This document shows, piece by piece, positions 25,340 to 32,000 of a DNA stretch of 32,000 nucleotides. The notes under the pieces are model-generated. The model ran no database searches. It had not been told where the DNA came from and saw only the letters and a list, made by a program, of their open reading frames with translations. Every line of letters begins with the position of its first letter. Within the stretch, counting starts at the first letter, position 1. This DNA is from Candidatus Omnitrophota bacterium (GTDB lineage Bacteria > Omnitrophota > Gorgyraeia > Zapsychrales > JANLHA01). Location: NCBI GenBank assembly GCA_963662715.1, contig OY759724.1, positions 2,400,001-2,432,000 on the forward strand, in the 5' to 3' direction. The position numbers were made by a program, and so were the translations under genes.

Positions 25340-26662
25340 ATGAAATCTGTTGACCTTTTGATTTTTATTGAACATATTGCCCGGGAACTGGATGTCGCCT
25401 GTGCTATCAAGTGTTTAATGGAAAAGAATCATCATGTTTCCGTGGAAATCGCGTCGATAGTCTATGACTTGAAATCTACCCTTAAGAAATTCCGTCCGAA
25501 GGTCGTGGTTGTCCCTTTTTGCTATTCGGCCTTTGATTGGGGATTGATTGATGTTATTTCTGCGTGGCGTGATGCGGTTTATGTCAATTTCTGTTACGAG
25601 CAGGTTTATCGAAAAATATACAAGAAGATCAAGGCCCCCAAGGATGATTTTGCCAAACAACACGCTGTTCATCTTGTCTGGACTCAGGCTTTTGCGGATT
25701 ATTTGAAAGAAAACGGCGTGCATGAAAAGAATGTGTTTTGTAACGGGAACCTGAATTTTTCTTTTTATGGTCAGCCTTACTCCGTGGCCTATGTTTCCCG
25801 GGAAGACCTTGCCGCCCGGTATGCCCTTGATCCGGCAAAACGTTGGGTGTTTATCCCGGAGAATTACCGCGCAGCCTTTTATAAAAACAGCGATATCAAA
25901 AAGCTGGCCAAGCGTGGTTTTGGAACGGATCGTGCGCAAATGTATTATGAACTTATGGTCGATTCTTTTCAGGAGGTCGTGCGTTGGTGGTATCAAGCGG
26001 CTGAATCAAAGGACGTGGAACTCATTATTAGGCCGCGGCCGACCAATCCCCGGTCTATATTCCTGAAATCGTTGGTCAAGATCGCCGGGGAAAAACCAGA
26101 ACACCTCCACATCATTAAAGACGGGACTGTTAAGGAATGGATTATGGCCAGTGATGTTGTGATGTCTTCATACAGTACGGTATTGATGGAAGCTGCTTTG
26201 GCAGAAAAACCGGTCTACATCATGCTGCCTTTTCCTTGTCCTGAGTTTTTGTCATCCGATTGGTATGATTTGGTGCCCAAAGTTACGGACTTCGGAGGTT
26301 TCCAGGCTGCCGTTAGCCGTCCTGCTTCAGAGTCTGGCTGGGAACCCCTGCATGCTTATGTTAAAGAGAATATGATGGGGCAGGGTGATCCGATAGCTTT
26401 TGCCGCAAACCTGTTGAATGATGTTGTAGGAAAAAAAAGCGGGATGAGATTGTTGCCTCCCGGGGAGGTCATCGGCCGACAGATCTCGAGCTTTTCCTTA
26501 TGGCAAACTAAGGCTGAATATGCCTGGAGCCGCTTCAAACGGACCCCCCAGGTGAGTGCGCTAAGAGCGCGTCTGGGGAGGATTAACCTGTGGGAAAAAG
26601 ACAGGTTGTCCGGGGACGCGCTTGATCAGCGGCTTCTCCTGTGGAGAAGGATTTTGAAATAA
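25340..26662 (+). CDS. Uncharacterised GT-B-like surface-carbohydrate biosynthesis protein (candidate nonulosonate transferase)
   Basis: A 440-aa ORF starting 8 nt after neuA. It has an N-terminal IFIEHIARELD block and a C-terminal half with WVFIPEN, LIIRPRP and SSYSTVLMEAALAEKPVYIM, resembling the GT-B nucleotide-sugar-binding half. The functional assignment is tentative. Confidence 0.45.
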   Translation: MKSVDLLIFIEHIARELDVACAIKCLMEKNHHVSVEIASIVYDLKSTLKKFRPKVVVVPFCYSAFDWGLIDVISAWRDAVYVNFCYEQVYRKIYKKIKAPKDDFAKQHAVHLVWTQAFADYLKENGVHEKNVFCNGNLNFSFYGQPYSVAYVSREDLAARYALDPAKRWVFIPENYRAAFYKNSDIKKLAKRGFGTDRAQMYYELMVDSFQEVVRWWYQAAESKDVELIIRPRPTNPRSIFLKSLVKIAGEKPEHLHIIKDGTVKEWIMASDVVMSSYSTVLMEAALAEKPVYIMLPFPCPEFLSSDWYDLVPKVTDFGGFQAAVSRPASESGWEPLHAYVKENMMGQGDPIAFAANLLNDVVGKKSGMRLLPPGEVIGRQISSFSLWQTKAEYAWSRFKRTPQVSALRARLGRINLWEKDRLSGDALDQRLLLWRRILK

Positions 26663-26700
26663 TGGAAAAGAATGTTCCTAATTGCTCACAGCCTGTTTGG

Positions 26701-29151
26701 TTAGATGCCTTCGAGATGTTCTTCTTTAATAACCCCGCAGATTAAATAGCTAATAATTATAAGCCAAACCACGGCCATTGTTCCCCAAAAGTTATACAGA
26801 AAGGTTACTTCGGGGGAATGAAACGAAAACAGTATTTTATTGGCTCCGGGTTTTAGCGGGATGGCTTTATAGGCCAAATTGGCTTTATAGACCGGAGCCG
26901 GCTTGCCGTTAACTTCTGCCTTCCAGACGGGGTGCCAGACATCACTATATAATAACCAGCCGGACCGGCTTTTATTCCCAAGAATAGAAATTTCTAAATG
27001 ATTGGAAGCGTATCTGTCGACATGATATTTAAGCTCGTCCCGCTGATCCGCCGATAAATCATTGCTATCCGTCCATGGCTGTGCATGAGAGGGGGTGTCC
27101 TTTTGGGGAGCCAAGAAAAGCACATCTCCTTTGTATCGGGGATCGGTCATGAGGGAGGCCATTTCTTTTTCAGAGCCGACAGTGTAGGCATTGCTGAAAA
27201 ATTGAATTTTGTCTTCGGTGAGGCCGGCTATCTTCCCGGATGCCGGATGGGTCAGCGGGAAAATCAGGCGGTTAAAGGGGATAAGCCCTTTGGGTGTTGC
27301 TGAACTGTCGTTGACAGGTTGTCCCCAATAAGCCCGCATATATCGGTCAAGCGGTTTAAGGCAATGGTCCGTGCGGCCCAGATGGCCGATTTCATCCCGG
27401 AACAGAAAAATATACGTTGACCAGTAAGTCGGGTCATAGGTAAGACTATAGAAGATTTTATCCCGAGGCCTGTCCAGGGAAAAGGCCCGGTCTCTTCTTT
27501 TTATGTAGGGCATTTTTTGAAATCTTGTTGTGGAGTAACTATCCGTGTTAAGAGGGACGGTCTTGCGGTTTATTTCGAATATTTTATATCCGTACAGGTT
27601 GACGGCATGTAAGAAAAGTATCAAATAAATAAGAAGACGGCGATATGGCCGGTCCTTGATATTTATGAACAACGTGAGTAGGATGGAAGTCAGGAAGGAG
27701 AAGACGGCGGAGTTTTTCATGCGGGCTGTAATAAGATTTTTATCGATAATATGAGGCAGTCCCAGTTGAAATCGGGGGGTGTCGGCGTTGACATCTTTTT
27801 GAATCGTTGTGGCTTGCACGATGGTTTTGTATATGTTTTCTGCCAAGTCAGCATCACGGGCGATGGTCCATTGCAGAAGGGCAGCGCCGAAAAGCAGCAG
27901 CGAACACACGGTTAAAATATTTTTAAAATGAGATTCTTTAACGTGTCCGGGAGCAGGATTGAGCAGGACGTCGAGGCCAAAGCCGGACAAAAAACAAATA
28001 AATATCTTTATCAAAGGAGAGATCAACGATAAGTGCCGGTAGTATTTCATCATTGGCCAGATAAAGTAAAAAAGAGCGGCCACGGCGGTTCCTGCACTTG
28101 TGAGAAACAGGACGGCAATGACGGCGAGAAAGTGGCGGTTGCCGCGCCGGGTATTGAATAAAAGGCCGATCAGGATAAGGGGGAGCGGCAAAAGCCCGAT
28201 AAATAAATTTTGATCAAGAAAAGGGGAATAGCCGAAGACAAGCTCCGCCCATTTGGCAGGGCTGAGGTTTTTGCCGTAACTCAAGAATCCTGCTAATGAA
28301 TTTTGCGAGCTGGCCTCCCGGCCGTAATTATACTTGGCTATCTGGTCCGTATGTATGGAAACAGATTGATACGCAAGATAGAATATGAGTATGAGGAGGG
28401 TTAAGGCGCAAAGCATTTGTCCGTTTATCCGGACGTCCGAGAAACGTCTGCGTATGTCATGAAAATTAAACAAAAAGTAGAAGGCAAAGTATAAGAAGAC
28501 TGTTAAGGAAAGGACCGCCAGCAGGTACGGCGCGTTGCCGAAAATCTGGAAGGCAAGCAGATTTCCCGACAAGAACAAATAACGCCATTTCCCTGTATCC
28601 AGAAATTTGTGGCCGAAATGCAAGATCAACGGCAGGGTATAATACAGGTGAAAGTTAAACCAGGGCTGGAGCATCCATATGCAGGAGCCGATGACTGTCA
28701 GTGTCACGAAAAAAACGGTCAGCGGTGATTTGAAAAAACGTTTGGCTAACAGCCAGGAACCCGAAAGCAGGATGAGTTCATCAATGAATATTCCGATATT
28801 AAAAATAATTGCGAAATTAGTGCTTTTCAGCAAAGGCGAGATGAAACCGCTGATTTGTAAAAGAACGTTCTGGAAAATTCCGGCTTGGTGAACATACCAC
28901 CAGGTGGCGACTGTTCCGTGGGTCATATATTGCATCCATTGCGGTGTTTCTCCGGAGAAAATTTTATCGTTCAGAAAATAGTACTGAATAATGAAGTATT
29001 GAAAGCCGTCTAAGCCCCCGGGGATACGGTGTTGTACGATTAGATATAATAAACAGCAGAATTCCAGCAGCAGAAGGGATATGAAAAGCAAATTTATTTT
29101 TTGGTTAGATTTAACTAATGTGTTTTGAATGATTTTTGATTTGCTGAACAT
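26701..29151 (-). CDS. YfhO-like GT-C-fold polytopic membrane protein
   Basis: 816 aa with more than 12 N-terminal TM spans, a large soluble domain and a final C-terminal TM. The tail YSDVWHPVWKAEVNGKPAPVYKANLAYKAIPLKPGANKILFSFHSP matches the YfhO-family C-terminal pattern as I remember it. Confidence 0.65.
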   Translation of the reverse strand: MFSKSKIIQNTLVKSNQKINLLFISLLLLEFCCLLYLIVQHRIPGGLDGFQYFIIQYYFLNDKIFSGETPQWMQYMTHGTVATWWYVHQAGIFQNVLLQISGFISPLLKSTNFAIIFNIGIFIDELILLSGSWLLAKRFFKSPLTVFFVTLTVIGSCIWMLQPWFNFHLYYTLPLILHFGHKFLDTGKWRYLFLSGNLLAFQIFGNAPYLLAVLSLTVFLYFAFYFLFNFHDIRRRFSDVRINGQMLCALTLLILIFYLAYQSVSIHTDQIAKYNYGREASSQNSLAGFLSYGKNLSPAKWAELVFGYSPFLDQNLFIGLLPLPLILIGLLFNTRRGNRHFLAVIAVLFLTSAGTAVAALFYFIWPMMKYYRHLSLISPLIKIFICFLSGFGLDVLLNPAPGHVKESHFKNILTVCSLLLFGAALLQWTIARDADLAENIYKTIVQATTIQKDVNADTPRFQLGLPHIIDKNLITARMKNSAVFSFLTSILLTLFINIKDRPYRRLLIYLILFLHAVNLYGYKIFEINRKTVPLNTDSYSTTRFQKMPYIKRRDRAFSLDRPRDKIFYSLTYDPTYWSTYIFLFRDEIGHLGRTDHCLKPLDRYMRAYWGQPVNDSSATPKGLIPFNRLIFPLTHPASGKIAGLTEDKIQFFSNAYTVGSEKEMASLMTDPRYKGDVLFLAPQKDTPSHAQPWTDSNDLSADQRDELKYHVDRYASNHLEISILGNKSRSGWLLYSDVWHPVWKAEVNGKPAPVYKANLAYKAIPLKPGANKILFSFHSPEVTFLYNFWGTMAVVWLIIISYLICGVIKEEHLEGI

Positions 29152-29328
29152 AATAGAATGGCTTGTGTATATAATACGACAGCATTATAACAGAAGATAG
29201 TTGAAAGCAAAACCTGAGAAAAAGATAAGTGTGGCTTGAATTTTAACGGATTCTCACTGGTATGTTTATTAGCGGATAATTATAATAACTTGTTAGAAAA
29301 CAGCCTTTTATCGCAAAGATATCACAAC

Positions 29329-29357
29329 TTGACAGAATGAGAATTCAAGGGTATATT
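29329..29357 (+). promoter_or_regulatory. Candidate sigma70-type promoter (TTGACA-N17-TATATT) upstream of tRNA-Ser
   Basis: TTGACA at 29329-29334, a 17-nt spacer, then TATATT at 29352-29357, about 150 nt upstream of the tRNA. Confidence 0.5.
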
Positions 29358-29372
29358 AAAAAATCTTCGAAA

Positions 29373-29400
29373 GGGCCAGTCCCCAAAAAGGGACAGGGCG
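29373..29400 (+). repeat. Copy 2 of the 28-nt intergenic motif (GGGCCAGTCCCCAAAAAGGGACAGGGCG)
   Basis: 25 of 28 positions are identical to 2032-2059, with the same GTCCC-CAARAA-GGGAC hairpin. Lies in the predicted leader of tRNA-Ser. Confidence 0.6.
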
Positions 29401-29504
29401 CGGTTGGCCCGCTGATCGGGATGAGTATCTTTAAGGAAGCGGGCACATTCTGGATAATTTTCCTCGCTGATTCAGTGAGCCGTTGTGATATAGTTGAAAT
29501 TTTA

Positions 29505-29593
29505 GGAGAGGTGGCTGAGCGGTTGAAAGCGGCGGTCTTGAAAACCGTTGTGGGTAACTCCCACCCAGAGTTCGAATCTCTGCCTCTCCGCCA
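29505..29593 (+). tRNA. tRNA-Ser (anticodon UGA), with encoded CCA
   Basis: The cloverleaf was folded by hand. Acceptor stem is GGAGAGG/CCTCTCC. The D arm is GCT...AGC around the AGCGGTTGAA loop. The anticodon stem GCGGT/ACCGT carries the loop CTTGAAA. There is a long variable arm GTGGG-TAACT-CCCAC and a T arm CAGAG-TTCGAAT-CTCTG. The discriminator is G, followed by CCA. Confidence 0.93.
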
Positions 29594-29626
29594 TATATGT
29601 TTACAGCAGTATTGAGTGAATGACCT

Positions 29627-30211
29627 ATGCCATCCCATTCTTTGAATAAACAAAAGTTCCCCTTAAAATTCTTCATTATTGTAGGGATTATTCTCGTCCC
29701 CATTCTGGTTACGATTATGGTCTGCCGCCCGATTATCGCGCGGTATATGTCGAGCTCGTACATGTCCGTATATAAATTGCCGGAGGCATTCCGCAAGGAG
29801 GATATCCGTTCGATCATTTTTAACATGATGCGGGAGCCGGAGTATACCTTTTATTTCCGGGCCCTGTCGGAAGAGGACGTTCCGCAAGTCATTGATGAAG
29901 TGTATCATGCCCTGGATACTCATCGGGGCCGCAGTGAACACCAAAAACTTTTACTGGAATGGCAGAAGTCGGTTGAAGATATGGCGACCCTGATCGACAG
30001 CCTCTCTTTCCCGGAAGAAATGACGGCGGAGTCCCACCCTGAACTTGTCGTCATGTTATGGAAATTCTTGCGTAAAGAATTCCAGACAACAATTGTCGGA
30101 CTTTGTTACAAAGCAACCTATGATGAGGAATTCCGCCTGAAATGGAGTGCGAAATCTGTAAAAGCCGCCCAATTATTAAGAGAGGTTTTCCGCCAGCTGG
30201 AACACCCATAA
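29627..30211 (+). CDS. Hypothetical single-pass membrane-anchored protein
   Basis: 194 aa with an N-terminal TM (FFIIVGIILVPILVTIMV); the remainder looks helical and soluble. No motif recognised and the SD is weak. Confidence 0.5.
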   Translation: MPSHSLNKQKFPLKFFIIVGIILVPILVTIMVCRPIIARYMSSSYMSVYKLPEAFRKEDIRSIIFNMMREPEYTFYFRALSEEDVPQVIDEVYHALDTHRGRSEHQKLLLEWQKSVEDMATLIDSLSFPEEMTAESHPELVVMLWKFLRKEFQTTIVGLCYKATYDEEFRLKWSAKSVKAAQLLREVFRQLEHP

Positions 30212-30362
30212 TATACCCACAATATCCCCGCTGAATTCATTTGTCCCTTTCAGAATCTTTCTAAAAAAGTACAGTATATTATCGATTAAAGGCTTTTTCT
30301 ATGTTATCTTTATCTATTAGGATAACAGATTATTAAATATTAACCTTATTTTGAGGTGAAAT

Positions 30363-31796
30363 ATGTCATATAAGATCAAACTCACGTCCTTTGAAAATGC
30401 TTCGCTTCTGCGCAAGTTATCAATTTTATATTTTTTGATGTCCATTATCCCCATCGCCTTTCTGTATTTTTTGTACCTGCAGTTGGTGGATTTCGGCCGG
30501 ATCACTATTGACGAAGAGAGATTCAGCTCAATATTTTTCCTGGTCGTTCTCGGGGTTGCCGTCGGATATATTGCGATGCGTTCTATTATTGTCAGTATTA
30601 TTGATATCACGCGGGAAAACAGAAATGCCTTAAAAGAATTGCTGGGGCCGGATAAGATTAAAGCCCTTTCGGAAGACAGCAGTAACGAAATTGCCATCCT
30701 CGCCAAATCGTTTAATGAAATTACGAACCGGCTGGAAGAGAATATCCGGAATCTGGAATTAGCCAAAAGAACGCTGCATTCGGTTTTAGCTAAAGTCGGG
30801 GAAGGTATTTCATCCATGGATAATATCGACAGTTTTTTAAGCCTGATCCTGGAAACTGTCACCGAAGCTCTTTCCGCCAAGAGGGGGGTGCTGCTCTTAA
30901 GAGATGAAAAGCGGGATGATTTTTATTTGAAGTCCATTTACGGGAAATCCCTTGACAAGACAAAGCAGATCCGTATTGATTTATATGACAGCGTCTTTAA
31001 GGAGGCGGTTACAGCTCATCAGCCCGTTGTTTTGAAGAGTATCCCGAAAGACACGCTGCAAGGCCTTTTGCGCGCTCCGGTCCTTTGCGCTCCGCTGCTT
31101 CTTCACGACCATCCTTTAGGGGTCATAGCCGTTTCGGACAGGGCGACAGAGGAGCCTTTTGATGAGGAGGAAATGAACCTTCTTAACAATCTGGCTTTGC
31201 AGACGGCTGTCGCTGTCGAGAATTCCAGGCTGAACGAAGATGCGGAGAAAACCTATTTTGAGACGATCTCGGCCCTCGCGTTAGCCGTTGAAGCAAAAGA
31301 CCCTTATTCCCGCGGCCATTCTGAGCGCGTTGCGAATTTTTCTGTTATCATTGCTCAGGAAATGGGGTTGACGCAGGAAGATATTATTACTTTGCGTGAT
31401 GCAGCCAAACTGCACGATCTCGGCAAGATCGGGGTCGTTGACAAGATTTTAAAGAAACCCGGGCCGTTGACAGCGCCGGAGATGGAAATGATGAAAAAAC
31501 ATCCGGAAATAGGCGAGGGGATCATTAAGCCGATCCGGTCTTTAAAGAAGCTGTGTGATCTCATTCGTCATCATCACGAAAAACTGGACGGAAGCGGCTA
31601 CCCGGACGGTTTGCTCAGTTCGCAAATTCAGCCGCTTGTTCGTGTCCTTCAGGTTGCGGACATCTACGACGCGTTAACAACGAACCGCCCTTATCGTGAT
31701 CCTTTTACTCCTCAACAGGCGATCGATACATTGAAGTCCATGAAGGACCAGGTGGATATTAAAGTCGTTGAGGTGCTGGAAAGGGTCATTCAATAA
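30363..31796 (+). CDS. Membrane-bound HAMP-GAF-HD-GYP domain protein (putative c-di-GMP phosphodiesterase)
   Basis: GAGGTGA SD upstream and two N-terminal TM spans. A HAMP-like NEIAILAKSFNEITNRLEE is followed by a GAF-like region (RGVLLLRDEK...PLGVIAVSDR). The HD-GYP core is HSERVANF, LHDLGKIGV and HHHEKLDGSGYPDGL. Confidence 0.9.
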   Translation: MSYKIKLTSFENASLLRKLSILYFLMSIIPIAFLYFLYLQLVDFGRITIDEERFSSIFFLVVLGVAVGYIAMRSIIVSIIDITRENRNALKELLGPDKIKALSEDSSNEIAILAKSFNEITNRLEENIRNLELAKRTLHSVLAKVGEGISSMDNIDSFLSLILETVTEALSAKRGVLLLRDEKRDDFYLKSIYGKSLDKTKQIRIDLYDSVFKEAVTAHQPVVLKSIPKDTLQGLLRAPVLCAPLLLHDHPLGVIAVSDRATEEPFDEEEMNLLNNLALQTAVAVENSRLNEDAEKTYFETISALALAVEAKDPYSRGHSERVANFSVIIAQEMGLTQEDIITLRDAAKLHDLGKIGVVDKILKKPGPLTAPEMEMMKKHPEIGEGIIKPIRSLKKLCDLIRHHHEKLDGSGYPDGLLSSQIQPLVRVLQVADIYDALTTNRPYRDPFTPQQAIDTLKSMKDQVDIKVVEVLERVIQ

Positions 31797-32000
31797 TTAA
31801 AAATACTTTAAGCATGTTATCAAGGGGCCTTGGTCGATGAGGGTTCCTTGTTTTTATGCTTTTGAATCCTCCCCAGTGAGGTATAATACCAGAATAAAAA
31901 TGTTTTCATTCAGAAGCGGATTCCACACCGCTTTTCATGACGCTGTATCCTGAAATCCGCAGCGCAGATTATCATGGGTAAGAAAAAAAAGAAACATCCC

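Noticed and set aside
26663-26700. Bidirectional terminator between the convergent genes ending at 26662 and 26701.
   Set aside because: Only a 4-bp GGAA/TTCC pairing is visible in the 38-nt spacer, which is too weak to call.
29337-29826. Three ORFs (29337-29615 on the plus strand, 29345-29653 and 29431-29826 on the minus strand) overlapping the tRNA-Ser region.
   Set aside because: They run straight through a canonical tRNA cloverleaf and its promoter region and have no protein motifs. They are treated as spurious.
29505-30211. tRNA-Ser as an integration site for a genomic island.
   Set aside because: No integrase or recombinase gene was found, and I saw no direct repeat of the tRNA 3' end (TTCGAATCTCTGCCTCTCC) elsewhere in the window. 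Downstream genes have the same composition as the rest.
31974-32000. ATG GGT AAG AAA AAA AAG... at the window edge, as the start of another gene.
   Set aside because: Only 9 codons are visible, they are a lysine/A-run, and there is no SD. This cannot be supported from the window.
1-32000. CRISPR arrays, IS elements or other mobile elements, and rRNA genes.
   Set aside because: Reading both strands, I saw no regularly spaced direct repeats, no transposase, integrase or Cas-like ORFs, and no rRNA-like sequence.

Overview
The window reads as a Gram-negative-type chromosome segment from an uncultivated lineage; taxonomy cannot be established from this sequence alone. Most of it is about half G+C by eye, apart from an AT-rich islet at about 1000-2810.

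Gene content, 5' to 3':
- A minus-strand XRE/cupin regulator followed by a CheY-like receiver.
- The AT-rich islet, holding a possible gene remnant and two tandem paralogous small secreted proteins.
- A lamin-tail-domain protein with a PEP-CTERM sorting signal.
- A second stand-alone receiver, serS, and a small polytopic membrane protein.
- A roughly 1540-aa secreted, mostly helical modular protein.
- A co-directional, tightly coupled surface-glycan locus of about 16 kb. It contains GT4, a DegT aminotransferase, an SDR epimerase/dehydratase, a methyltransferase-fold protein, a radical-SAM/SPASM enzyme, GT2, a Wzx-like flippase, a CmoA orthologue, another methyltransferase-fold protein, NeuB-like, NeuC-like, a sulfotransferase, a CE4 deacetylase, NeuA-like and a GT-B-like protein.
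- A convergent YfhO-like GT-C membrane protein closing that locus.
- tRNA-Ser(UGA), a small membrane-anchored protein and a TM-HAMP-GAF-HD-GYP protein.

No CRISPR array, transposase, integrase or rRNA was seen.

Most interesting observations:
- A genuine-looking carboxy-SAM synthase (CmoA) is translationally coupled inside the nonulosonic-acid/sulfo-glycan operon. It is followed by a methyltransferase-fold gene with a non-canonical SAM loop, which suggests carboxy-SAM-dependent glycan modification.
- The giant secreted protein is punctuated by four SSP[VI] linkers and sits directly upstream of that locus.
- A 28-nt motif is shared by two distant intergenic sites.
- Several near-consensus TTGACA-N17-TATAAT-type promoters are present, one followed by a perfect 12-bp inverted repeat.

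All functional calls come from motif recognition by eye. No database search was run.
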